DNA of 64,000 nt, from positions 32,001 to 96,000 of the IMG/VR virus record IMGVR_UViG_3300032307_000723, one strand, 5' to 3'. The stretch comes from a virus. The notes beneath the pieces are model-generated. The model was not told the DNA's origin. It was given only the letters and a program-made list of their open reading frames with translations, and ran no database searches. The first letter of the stretch is position 1; the number at the start of each line of letters is the position of its first letter. Both the position numbers and the translations under genes were made by a program. Positions 1 to 9,123 of this stretch are shown here, piece by piece.

Positions 1-57
1 CCAGAGTAAAAAAACTTAATATTCTTCTATAACAATAAACAAAATAACTTTTGAAAA

Positions 58-243
58 ATGGAAACATTAGAAAAAATCAAAGCGTTAACTGAACAATTGT
101 CAGTAGATGCTACAAAATTCTACAACGGAAATAAAAGTGCTGGTACAAGAACTAGAAAATCTGCTCAAGAATTAAAAACATTACTACAAGAATTTAGAAT
201 TGAAATTCTTGAACATAGTAAAAACGGAAGTGCGAATGCATAA
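58..243 (+). CDS. Histone H1-like (Hc1-family) small DNA-binding protein
   Basis: 61 aa basic protein, GNKSAGTRTRKSAQELKTLLQEFR resembles Bacteroidota Hc1-like proteins. Confidence 0.6.
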   Translation: METLEKIKALTEQLSVDATKFYNGNKSAGTRTRKSAQELKTLLQEFRIEILEHSKNGSANA

Positions 244-421
244 ATTTGAATCAATATATCTTTTTATATTTGTGTTCACAATATTTGTGGTATTAAGACA
301 TATTGCAAAATTTGTAAGTGCCCTGTTATCAAGAGAACCAAAACAAATGGTTTACAATAACAGGGAACTTATTTTCCTTGGATTATCATTAAGTTATTTA
401 ATTACATACATATTACAATGA
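236..421 (+). CDS. Small membrane protein
   Basis: Two hydrophobic segments; ATG at 236 preferred over the ORF-track start at 200. Confidence 0.6.
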   Translation: MHKFESIYLFIFVFTIFVVLRHIAKFVSALLSREPKQMVYNNRELIFLGLSLSYLITYILQ

Positions 422-873
422 GTTTTTATAAAGAATTAGTGCCGTTTGTGCAATATATACATTCTGTTAGGAAGTTAGAAAACTATTTAAGTTTTGACAT
501 GGCTTTTCCTACTAAATGGTCAATACCTAAAAGTATTATTGATGAAGGTCAAGTTATTGGATTTAACTTAGATGACCAAAATTTAAAAGGAGTTACATTT
601 GTTGCCCAAATAAACGAAAGTGATGTTTCATTAATTTTAACTAAAATTGCCAAAATTATTAAGTTAAATAAGGAAAGAGAATTAAAAGAACAATTATTCA
701 AACAAACAATTGACCAACTAAAACAAACATTTGAAAAAAATGATTTGGATAAATTACAAAATCTATACTTTGATTTTGAAACAGATGCACCAAATTTAGA
801 ATTAGATGAGCAAAACGGACAGGAGTCAACAATTATTGAATTGGCTGACGAGCGAGACGAAGAAAGACAATAG
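418..873 (+). CDS. Hypothetical protein
   Basis: 151 aa ORF, ATGA overlap with upstream stop. Confidence 0.7.
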   Translation: MSFYKELVPFVQYIHSVRKLENYLSFDMAFPTKWSIPKSIIDEGQVIGFNLDDQNLKGVTFVAQINESDVSLILTKIAKIIKLNKERELKEQLFKQTIDQLKQTFEKNDLDKLQNLYFDFETDAPNLELDEQNGQESTIIELADERDEERQ

Positions 874-1000
874 AGAACTCGAAAATAGTAAGAAACGACT
901 TATTTGGGAGATTAAAAATATAAAGAAAGAGGAAATGTTCCCTCAACCAAAAAAATTATCATTATGGAAGAGAATAAAAGTACTCCTCTTGGGGAGTTAG
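806..1000 (+). CDS. Hypothetical protein
   Basis: 64 aa ORF in a co-oriented overlapping run. Confidence 0.55.
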   Translation: MSKTDRSQQLLNWLTSETKKDNRELENSKKRLIWEIKNIKKEEMFPQPKKLSLWKRIKVLLLGS

Positions 1001-1194
1001 AAAAACTAGCCTTAATTGCGGAATCTTGTCAAGCTATTTTTAGTGGTAAAGGTACCATAATATTTGAATTACCGAAAGGTGAATACACAAGTGTTATTAA
1101 TCATTTTAGGGAGATTGATAGACATCATGAACAATTTTCAATTGATATCTCCGGAACTGAGTTTCACTTTATTTTGAAGGAGGTAGAGAAGTAA
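964..1194 (+). CDS. Hypothetical protein
   Basis: 76 aa ORF in a co-oriented run. Confidence 0.6.
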   Translation: MEENKSTPLGELEKLALIAESCQAIFSGKGTIIFELPKGEYTSVINHFREIDRHHEQFSIDISGTEFHFILKEVEK

Positions 1195-1813
1195 ATTTTC
1201 TATACAATATTTTCTTATCAATACCATAAGATTCTAACATATTAAAAAGGTATTTTCTTTGAGCGGAGGAGTGGTCTTTAACAAAAAGACAATCTCCTCT
1301 TTTTATTTTAAAAAAATGAGATGATAAACAATCTATAAATCGTGATGATTCGGATTCTGATTTTAACGTGAAAAGGTTAATATTCTCATCCTCTTGAACT
1401 ATAATCTTATTATTGAGACTTGATATCATTTTTAAACCATCTCCCTTTAAATAGGTCTTTATTAGTTGTTGAGTGGTTATCCTTTTATTTTTGGTAAGGT
1501 CGTAAATCTTTTCTTCTTTTTTATAATGACCAATATTAAACAATGTCATTCCCTCATCTTCAAGAGTTACTTTGGTATTTCTACCATATTCATCGGTCAT
1601 GTAAACTGGTACTAACTGATTATCACTTAGTTCAACTAAACCTATTTCATATCTCACATCAACACCATTTTCAATTTCGACATTAAATAGAACATCGTTT
1701 GATTCTTTTAATAATTTGTCGTAATATTGTTTAGCTCGTGAAAATGTCACGAACTTATTTATAATTTTTTTACGTTTCTTATTTTTGAATAAGACAACAA
1801 GATAGTTTACCAT
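1169..1813 (-). CDS. Hypothetical protein
   Basis: Long ORF; start re-assigned to ATG at 1813 (MVNYLVVLF) to avoid overlap with dnaJ. Confidence 0.7.
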   Translation of the reverse strand: MVNYLVVLFKNKKRKKIINKFVTFSRAKQYYDKLLKESNDVLFNVEIENGVDVRYEIGLVELSDNQLVPVYMTDEYGRNTKVTLEDEGMTLFNIGHYKKEEKIYDLTKNKRITTQQLIKTYLKGDGLKMISSLNNKIIVQEDENINLFTLKSESESSRFIDCLSSHFFKIKRGDCLFVKDHSSAQRKYLFNMLESYGIDKKILYRKFTSLPPSK

Positions 1814-1815
1814 AT

Positions 1816-2742
1816 ATGAAAGATTACTACAAAATTTTAGAAGTTGAAGAGAAAGCTTCACAAGATGAGATAAAAAAGAGTTATCGTACTCTATCTAAGA
1901 AATATCACCCCGATGTAAATCCTGAGGGTGATGAGAAGTTTAAAGAGATTGCAGAGGCGTATGACAACATAGGTACTCCAGAAAAACGAGCTCAATACGA
2001 CCAAAACAAAAACAACCCATTTGCTAGAAATGGTGGGGGTTCTTCATTTGAAGAAATGTTTAATCAAATGTTTAATGGTGGTGGAGGTGCAAGACAACGA
2101 AGAAAATCAGTTCCTGATAAAATTGTTAAAGTACAAATAGACCCAATTGAATCTTATAGAGGTGTTGATAAAAAAATTCAATACATGAAAGAGACTCAAT
2201 GTGGTACTTGTAACGGAAGTGGTGGAGAAAGACAAATGTGTGGTACTTGTAACGGAGCAGGATTCCAACTCAAAACATTTGGTACTGGATTTATGGTACA
2301 ACAGATAAGACAAGCGTGTAATTCTTGTGGTGGCAGAGGATATACTTTAGTTCACAAATGTCATACTTGTAATGGTCGTGGTGGAAAAAATGAAATGGGT
2401 ATGGTTAATTTTAAATTACCTAAAGGTGTTGATAGTGGTCAGTATTTAAAATTAGAGAATTTTGGTGATTTTAGAGAGGGTGAAATTGGTGATTTAGTAA
2501 TTCAAATAGAAGTTATTGATAAAGATGGTTTTGAAAAAATAAATAATGATTTAATATATAACCTATTCCTTGATTTAGAAGGGGTAAGAGAAGATAAACT
2601 TAAAGTACCTCATCCTGATGGTGAATTAATGTTAAGTCAACCAAAAATATTTGACACCTCAAAACCGTTAAGATTAAAAGGTAAAGGATATAATGGTGGG
2701 GATATGTATGTTAAGTTAAATGTAAGATTTGAAAGACCTTAA
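1816..2742 (+). CDS. dnaJ: DnaJ-family co-chaperone
   Basis: J domain with HPD, G/F-rich linker, four CxxCxGxG zinc-finger repeats, C-terminal domain. Confidence 0.93.
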   Translation: MKDYYKILEVEEKASQDEIKKSYRTLSKKYHPDVNPEGDEKFKEIAEAYDNIGTPEKRAQYDQNKNNPFARNGGGSSFEEMFNQMFNGGGGARQRRKSVPDKIVKVQIDPIESYRGVDKKIQYMKETQCGTCNGSGGERQMCGTCNGAGFQLKTFGTGFMVQQIRQACNSCGGRGYTLVHKCHTCNGRGGKNEMGMVNFKLPKGVDSGQYLKLENFGDFREGEIGDLVIQIEVIDKDGFEKINNDLIYNLFLDLEGVREDKLKVPHPDGELMLSQPKIFDTSKPLRLKGKGYNGGDMYVKLNVRFERP

Positions 2743-2924
2743 AAAATAAGGTCTTTCAGTTTATTAAAAAGAACGATTGTTCCATATATCGATGAAAACA
2801 AAATGTAAAATCCTAAGATTATCATCCCAATTTGTTTTTTAGATACGCCTCTTTGTTTACATTTTTTACAACCTTGAGAATTAATCTCATTTTCTCCAAT
2901 AATTTGTCCTTCAACTATTTCCAT
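2739..2924 (-). CDS. Small membrane protein with CxxC motif
   Basis: GCKKCK followed by one TM helix; TATTTAT motif upstream on minus strand. Confidence 0.6.
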   Translation of the reverse strand: MEIVEGQIIGENEINSQGCKKCKQRGVSKKQIGMIILGFYILFSSIYGTIVLFNKLKDLIF

Positions 2925-3017
2925 TTTTTTTGATTTTTAATAAATATAAATAAAAAATAATTAAAGTGAAACTTGCTTTTTGGATTTTTATTTCGTATAA
3001 TTATAAAAAAATTAAAT

Positions 3018-3860
3018 ATGGCATTATCTTACATCGGTGGAAAATCAAAAATAGGTAAATGGATTGTACCATTTTACCATAAGGACATTGAAACATATAT
3101 TGAACCATTTGGTGGTATGTTTTGGTGTTTCTTTAACATGGACCTAACTCAATATCCAAATCTAAAAGAAGTTGTTTATAACGACTTTAATCCTTTAAAT
3201 TATAATTTATTTCAGTGTCTTCAAAATCCTGAAAGATTATTAGAGGAAATTAATAATATTCCTTGTCAACAAAAGGGAGAATCTCCAACACCGGATATCT
3301 ACAAAGAACAATTTATCAGGTTCCAATCTGAAATATTTGATGAAAATTTCAGCGTACAACCTTATGATTATGTTACGGCAGCAAAATATGCGTATGTTTT
3401 AACACAAGTCTTTAGTGGTTCAAAACCTGAAACAAGTTCATTTATTGACCTTAAAGGGAAATACAAATCAAAATATTTGACATTTAGAGATAAGTTATCA
3501 AATCCTAAATGGGTAGAACATTTTGTTAGAATTACTAAAGTTGAGAATATGGATTTTGAGACCTTGATTGCTAAATATGACTCACCAACAACGTACATTT
3601 ATTTGGACCCACCATATTGGAAAACTGAAAATTATTATTCTAATCATGACTTCGATAGTGGTGACCACCAAAGACTTGCAGATTGTATTAAGGAGATTCA
3701 ATCAAAGTGGTCTCTATCATATTACGATTTCCCTCAATTACATAGTTGGTTTCCACAAAACACTTATCGTTGGGAAGAAAAAGAATTTGCTAAAGCAGCT
3801 GCGGCAAAAAAAGGTGTAAAACAAAATTTAGGAAAAGAGCTGCTAATATTAAATTATTGA
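3018..3860 (+). CDS. Dam/D12-class N6-adenine DNA methyltransferase
   Basis: YIGGKS, YIEPFGG, VVYND and DPPY motifs; ATG at 3018. Confidence 0.88.
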   Translation: MALSYIGGKSKIGKWIVPFYHKDIETYIEPFGGMFWCFFNMDLTQYPNLKEVVYNDFNPLNYNLFQCLQNPERLLEEINNIPCQQKGESPTPDIYKEQFIRFQSEIFDENFSVQPYDYVTAAKYAYVLTQVFSGSKPETSSFIDLKGKYKSKYLTFRDKLSNPKWVEHFVRITKVENMDFETLIAKYDSPTTYIYLDPPYWKTENYYSNHDFDSGDHQRLADCIKEIQSKWSLSYYDFPQLHSWFPQNTYRWEEKEFAKAAAAKKGVKQNLGKELLILNY

Positions 3861-3902
3861 TTATATTTGCCTTCGATATATTTATAATTAAAATAGTTTA
3901 AG

Positions 3903-5222
3903 ATGAAATTTACACCATTATTAAAGTCAATAATTTTAGAACAGTCAAAGTTTGAATTTTTATCTAATAAGTACTTACAACCTAAGGTTAATAAAGAAGG
4001 TAAGAAGTTAAAACCAAAATTAACGCAACAAGAGTTAAATTCTTTTGTGGCCGCTGACCCAACGACTAGATTAAATAATGTTGATTTAGAAAATATGTCT
4101 CAAGATGACTTGGGAAAAATCAAAGCAGGTAAATATGTTGATTGGTTAGTTAACCAATATTTGAATATTAAAACTGAAAGACAACCTGGTGAGAACGGAT
4201 ATGAGCGTGAACTTAAAAATGCTAGAGAAACGTTCATGGAAGACCTTTATAAGGTGACGGATGATTTAAAGAAATTTGAGAGATTCAAAAATAAAATCAA
4301 AGGAGAAAAAGATATTAATAAATTAACTGCGGACCAATTATATGATGCGGTTAAAGATTTTGATTTGACTTTGGCAACTACAACTAAATCAGAAAGAAAA
4401 TCAGCAGAAGTTCATCCTGGTGCCAAAATGGTTTATGATGGTCCTAATTGGAGAGTTGTTGAGATTGAAGATAAGGGTCCGGTAGGTAAAGAGGCGGCTT
4501 GTTTCTACGGAGGTAATAACCAAGAGACAAGATGGTGTACTTCAACTCCGGGAACTGACCAATGGTTTAATCGTTATATTAAAGATGGGCCTTTATATGT
4601 GGTTTATAATCCTAATGATACGGATATAGCGCCAACAACAGGGTTACCTAAAAATAGATATCAATTCCATTTCCCATCGAATCAATTCATGGATAAGGAT
4701 GATAGAGACCAAAACTTAGTTCAGTTACTAACAGGTCCGATGGAAGACTTAAAAGAATTCTTCAAACCTGAGTTTGCTAAGGGACTTACAGTTGGTGGGG
4801 AAAAATTGGTTATTGATAGTTTCACTCATGGTGCGGTTGGTAAATTTATTGCATTGTATGGGTTAGATGATTTAATTAATAATTTACCTCAAACTCTTAA
4901 AGAATTCCAAATTCAAAATAGAGATAGTAAATCTGATATTATTATTAATATACCACAAGAAATTGGTAAATTTAAAGATTTAGAGATGATTATGTTAGAT
5001 AATTGTGTGGATAGTATTCCGGATTCTATTTGTGATTTACCTAATCTTAGATTTTTAGCGTTGATTAATAATCAAAGATTGAAATCAGTACCGGAATGTG
5101 TTGTTAATTTACCGTCGTTATTATTCCTTAACTTGAAAGGTAGTCCAAATGTTGAGGTACCTCAAAAGATTAGAGAAAAAGGGACCGACATGGGCGGTGG
5201 AATGTGGGACTTACAAGACTAA
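3903..5222 (+). CDS. GxxTxWCT-domain protein with C-terminal leucine-rich repeats
   Basis: ETRWCT...FNRY...GPLYV motif; C-terminus IPQEIGKFKDL/IPDSICDLPNLRFL/VPECVVNLPSLLFLNL typical LRR. Confidence 0.75.
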   Translation: MKFTPLLKSIILEQSKFEFLSNKYLQPKVNKEGKKLKPKLTQQELNSFVAADPTTRLNNVDLENMSQDDLGKIKAGKYVDWLVNQYLNIKTERQPGENGYERELKNARETFMEDLYKVTDDLKKFERFKNKIKGEKDINKLTADQLYDAVKDFDLTLATTTKSERKSAEVHPGAKMVYDGPNWRVVEIEDKGPVGKEAACFYGGNNQETRWCTSTPGTDQWFNRYIKDGPLYVVYNPNDTDIAPTTGLPKNRYQFHFPSNQFMDKDDRDQNLVQLLTGPMEDLKEFFKPEFAKGLTVGGEKLVIDSFTHGAVGKFIALYGLDDLINNLPQTLKEFQIQNRDSKSDIIINIPQEIGKFKDLEMIMLDNCVDSIPDSICDLPNLRFLALINNQRLKSVPECVVNLPSLLFLNLKGSPNVEVPQKIREKGTDMGGGMWDLQD

Positions 5223-5231
5223 TTAAAAAAT

Positions 5232-5579
5232 ATGAATGTAGATATAGAAGTTTATTTGAGTGGTATAGTTAAATTCTTTAAGGACAATCCAAAAGATTTG
5301 TTAAGTTTGGTACCGAAAGATAAAGAAGATGACTTCTACTTAATGTTGAGAAAATATTCTTGTGATAATCATGAAAAAGGTGAGGACTATGTCCTAACCC
5401 GAAATCAAATTCTTGAAATATGTGTCCAGCTGAATGACCCGAAAAAAGTTTTACAAGATGCAAAACTAATTGAGGTTGACGAGTTGGACGATTTAAAATC
5501 AAGATTAGATAAGGCACTCAAAGAAGAAGAATATGAGGAGGCTGCGAAACTCAGAGATAAGATAAAAGAAATTTCTTAA
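5232..5579 (+). CDS. Protein with C-terminal UVR (UvrB/C) coiled motif
   Basis: LDKALKEEEYEEAAKLRDKIKE. Confidence 0.7.
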   Translation: MNVDIEVYLSGIVKFFKDNPKDLLSLVPKDKEDDFYLMLRKYSCDNHEKGEDYVLTRNQILEICVQLNDPKKVLQDAKLIEVDELDDLKSRLDKALKEEEYEEAAKLRDKIKEIS

Positions 5580-5643
5580 AATTATAAAAAAAAAGGAGAA
5601 CAACATAGTTCTCCTTTTTTATTTTTTATTATCTTTGTCCCCT

Positions 5644-7317
5644 ATGAGACAAGAGATTTTAAAATACCAGTATGAAGAATACCTTACGATAACTCATAAG
5701 GATTCGAACCCTATTGATTATAGGGTACCTCAAACAATACCTACAGATTCTTGGTTGGATGATATATTTGATAATAAAACAGAAAGACCTGGTTCACCAC
5801 CTTCAACCAAAAGACCATTGTTCATTGTTGATACCATTCATAATAATGATGAGGAAAAATATGTTGAGAATTATGGTAATCCTATGTGTACTGTTAGGAA
5901 AGACTACGTAATGGTGGTAATCGAACGGGATGGGGATAAACTCGCTTTGAAATTATTTTATGGTGGGAAGTCGAGGACTAAAGGTACCTCATACTTTAGA
6001 GTTAAAAAGAATGTTGAATATATCACCGTGAATACAAAAACCGGTGATGTTTATAACGGGTACCTAAAAGGGTTTCAAAAAAAGAGAAACTATTCTAAAA
6101 AAGTTAGAAGAAATTATTTTTCGGATTGTTCTTTAGAAAGTATGAAATCTAAAATAAGGAATTATTTAGGGGTCTTTAAAATTGAGAACGCTACTTCAAT
6201 TGCTAGTGATTTTGTGAATGTCTTTATTGATGAGATTGATAAAAAACAATATGATAACCTAAAAATTGATGATAGGTTATTCAAATTTTATTTGGATAAA
6301 AGAAGTATTAAGTACCCTAATAATTTTGGCGCGTATAAAAATCATTTAATCGGACCGTCAATCAGAAAAAAACTTAAAAAGAATGGTGGTAAATTAGTTG
6401 ATGCATTTATGAGTGAACATAATTTACAAGGTAAGGTTTTGAAGAAATCATTACATGAATGTGAAAGAATTACTCTTGATTCTTATAATTATGCTCGAAA
6501 TGTTTTTGGGGGTGATAAGTTGAACCAAGATTCAGGGGTTATTGTTCCATTGTTGGAGTCCTTAACTCATGTTAATAATCCAACTGTGGGTGATAGGTTA
6601 AAAGAAGTTATGACATCTAGTGAAATGGATAGATACTATCGTGCTTTTAAAGAAGTGTTTGTTAATTCTAATATGGATACCTATACACTATCTGACCACG
6701 TTAGAATGTATTTAGAATTAAAACAATATGGTGTTGATGTTAAATGGAATGCGACTAATAGTACTGAATTCCATAATGAGCATTTAGATTGGACCGATAA
6801 AATATCTCATTATAGAAATGGAGCTTATACGAGAATTTATCCGGAGATTCTTCATGAATTATTGTCTAAGAATGTTGGTGAATACACTCCGGTTTTATTG
6901 ACCACATCTCAAGAATATAATGAAGAGAGTGCAACACAATCGAATTGTGTTAAAGGATATGTTGGAAGACCTGAGTCAATTATTGTTTCGTTAAGAAAAG
7001 ATAATGAACGTGCAACCATCGAATATAAAGTTAATTTAGTTAATGATGTTGTTACAATTAACAGAGTTCAATCTTTAGGTAAACGCAATCAGTCATTAGA
7101 TTCTAAATGGAATGATGTAATGTTGAGTTTAGATAATATAATGTTATCTTTCCTTAAACATAAAAATTTTGAATTAGTTAAGGTAATTAAAGAAAATGGT
7201 ATGGGTATGAAGATAAACTCAGATTCTAATTGGATTTTAAGTTCTTGGGGTTCAATGGTGTTACAATGGGATAATCCAATGATAAACGCCAATAATTATA
7301 ATGGGTTTTTTATATGA
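5644..7317 (+). CDS. PcfJ-like domain protein
   Basis: C-terminal EESATQSNCVKGYV...IVSLR...RATIE pattern; TAnnTTTG promoter at 5630-5637. Confidence 0.6.
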   Translation: MRQEILKYQYEEYLTITHKDSNPIDYRVPQTIPTDSWLDDIFDNKTERPGSPPSTKRPLFIVDTIHNNDEEKYVENYGNPMCTVRKDYVMVVIERDGDKLALKLFYGGKSRTKGTSYFRVKKNVEYITVNTKTGDVYNGYLKGFQKKRNYSKKVRRNYFSDCSLESMKSKIRNYLGVFKIENATSIASDFVNVFIDEIDKKQYDNLKIDDRLFKFYLDKRSIKYPNNFGAYKNHLIGPSIRKKLKKNGGKLVDAFMSEHNLQGKVLKKSLHECERITLDSYNYARNVFGGDKLNQDSGVIVPLLESLTHVNNPTVGDRLKEVMTSSEMDRYYRAFKEVFVNSNMDTYTLSDHVRMYLELKQYGVDVKWNATNSTEFHNEHLDWTDKISHYRNGAYTRIYPEILHELLSKNVGEYTPVLLTTSQEYNEESATQSNCVKGYVGRPESIIVSLRKDNERATIEYKVNLVNDVVTINRVQSLGKRNQSLDSKWNDVMLSLDNIMLSFLKHKNFELVKVIKENGMGMKINSDSNWILSSWGSMVLQWDNPMINANNYNGFFI

Positions 7318-7649
7318 CAAAATCAAATTACATTGAGAAAATAGAAAAAGGGAATAATGTTTATTTTTCTATTATGGACTTACCTAATGCAACTCCGGAG
7401 TTTTTAAAATTTATTTCAGAGAAATTTGCATTGATTCATAGTATTGCTGAGATGGGGCAAGATTTAAAAATTACTTACAAAGAAAAAATTTACTTAACAA
7501 AACAAGAATTTTATTTATATTTACTAATAACCGATGATGATATCCAAGTAAGAGTTTATTACCAACAAAAACAATTAGACGAACTTAGACTTATTATTGG
7601 ACAACTTTTAAAACAATCAAATTTATGGAAATTACAACAGAAGAATTAA
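7314..7649 (+). CDS. Hypothetical protein
   Basis: 111 aa ORF, ATGA overlap. Confidence 0.65.
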   Translation: MTKSNYIEKIEKGNNVYFSIMDLPNATPEFLKFISEKFALIHSIAEMGQDLKITYKEKIYLTKQEFYLYLLITDDDIQVRVYYQQKQLDELRLIIGQLLKQSNLWKLQQKN

Positions 7650-7945
7650 AACAAAAAATTGAAAATGGTGAGAAATTAGTAGTTGATTTCTGGGCCCCGT
7701 GGTGTGGACCATGTAAGATTATGAAACCTATCTTTGAGAAAGTGTCTCAAGAGTATAGAGATGATAACTCAGATGTTCAACTATACACATTAAATGTTGA
7801 AGAGAATAAAGAATTTGCTGCTGAGTTAGGGATTCGTGCTATTCCAACAGTTAAAACATTTGTGGGTGGGGAACAAAAATTCTCAAGTCCGGGTGTGTTA
7901 AGAGAGGATAGAATAAAAGAGTTGGCGACAGAATTATTAAATTAA
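7625..7945 (+). CDS. trxA: Thioredoxin
   Basis: VVDFWAPWCGPCK, IRAIPT cis-Pro motif. Confidence 0.92.
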   Translation: MEITTEELKQKIENGEKLVVDFWAPWCGPCKIMKPIFEKVSQEYRDDNSDVQLYTLNVEENKEFAAELGIRAIPTVKTFVGGEQKFSSPGVLREDRIKELATELLN

Positions 7946-7946
7946 T

Positions 7947-8246
7947 ATGAAAGATTTAAATGTTATAGTTTACACAATGAAGGGATGTCCATTCTGTATG
8001 GACTTTAAAGAATTACTTGTTAAAGAGGGTATTGAGTTCTTCGATAGAGATATTGATGATTACAAAGATGAGTATGAAGTTTATACTCAGATAACTGAAA
8101 ATGATATGATACCATCATTGTTAATTATTGAAGGGGATGATGCCAAATACGAGTCATTCTTATATGCCCCTGAAAGAAACTATAACGAATTAACTGAGGC
8201 GGTTGATATCATTAACCAACACAGAAAAAAAGTTGGTATTATCTAA
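7947..8246 (+). CDS. Glutaredoxin-like protein
   Basis: VIVYTMKGCPFC. Confidence 0.82.
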   Translation: MKDLNVIVYTMKGCPFCMDFKELLVKEGIEFFDRDIDDYKDEYEVYTQITENDMIPSLLIIEGDDAKYESFLYAPERNYNELTEAVDIINQHRKKVGII

Positions 8247-8998
8247 ACGATTACCAAATTTTTATTTATTTTTTTAATAAAATCATATTCTTCAAGTGGA
8301 TTGAGTAGTTCAAAACTCCAATCCACTTTTTTTAATTCTTTTTCTAACCAAGCCATATCAAAATTAAAAACATCTAAAATCGCTGAGGTTAATGTTTTGT
8401 CTATGAATGTTGAGTTAGATTGTCTTACTGAAAATATTGGTTCATCATTTTCAGTTTTATTTTTTGACATATTAAAAATAAGGGTGTTTACAGGATAGTT
8501 TGTAGGAATACTATAAAAGATATGTTTACCATAATAATAGTGTAACCTGCCTTGTCCTAATGAATAACCATAAGGAAATTCGGAAACAGATACCATATCT
8601 TCATCAGTTATTTCAGTAATCACGTAGTTATAGTCATACGATGATTTTTTATTTTCGTATGATTCAATTTGTTTGTGGTTGTATGAACAATTAGTACTAT
8701 TATGATAAACAAATTCAAAATCAGTTGGTTTATTCATTTTAACTTCATATTCGATTAAGTCTATAGTGTGAGATAATTTGATATCACCTATATTATCCTC
8801 ATATTTTTTAAGAAATTCGTTTAGTATTTCAGACAAATCTAATACTTGATTATAACTTGTTTTTCCTTTTATAATAAAAAAGTTTTTGCAATCAACAACT
8901 TTAATTGTTGACTCTTCATTGTGTGGTATTTTGGATAATATAAAATCCGCAAATAAATTAGTGATTAATATTCTACTCTCAGTATTTTTTAAAACCAT
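8243..8998 (-). CDS. Hypothetical protein (weak resemblance to S-adenosylmethionine synthetase N-terminal domain)
   Basis: 251 aa ORF; NLFADFIL..VVDC..IIKGKT resembles MAT N-terminus but catalytic motifs not evident. Confidence 0.55.
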   Translation of the reverse strand: MVLKNTESRILITNLFADFILSKIPHNEESTIKVVDCKNFFIIKGKTSYNQVLDLSEILNEFLKKYEDNIGDIKLSHTIDLIEYEVKMNKPTDFEFVYHNSTNCSYNHKQIESYENKKSSYDYNYVITEITDEDMVSVSEFPYGYSLGQGRLHYYYGKHIFYSIPTNYPVNTLIFNMSKNKTENDEPIFSVRQSNSTFIDKTLTSAILDVFNFDMAWLEKELKKVDWSFELLNPLEEYDFIKKINKNLVIV

Positions 8999-9123
8999 TG
9001 TAAATTATGATAAGTGTTTAATGTTTTGGAAATTATAGTAAAATTAAAAAATAAAACGAATAGTTATTAAATTGAAATAACCACATTCCTTCGTATTTAT
9101 AAGTTAAGTGAAACAAAGTTTTA

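Noticed and set aside
8243-8998. Calling this gene metK
   Set aside because: Only weak N-terminal resemblance; too short and lacks the conserved MAT signature motifs
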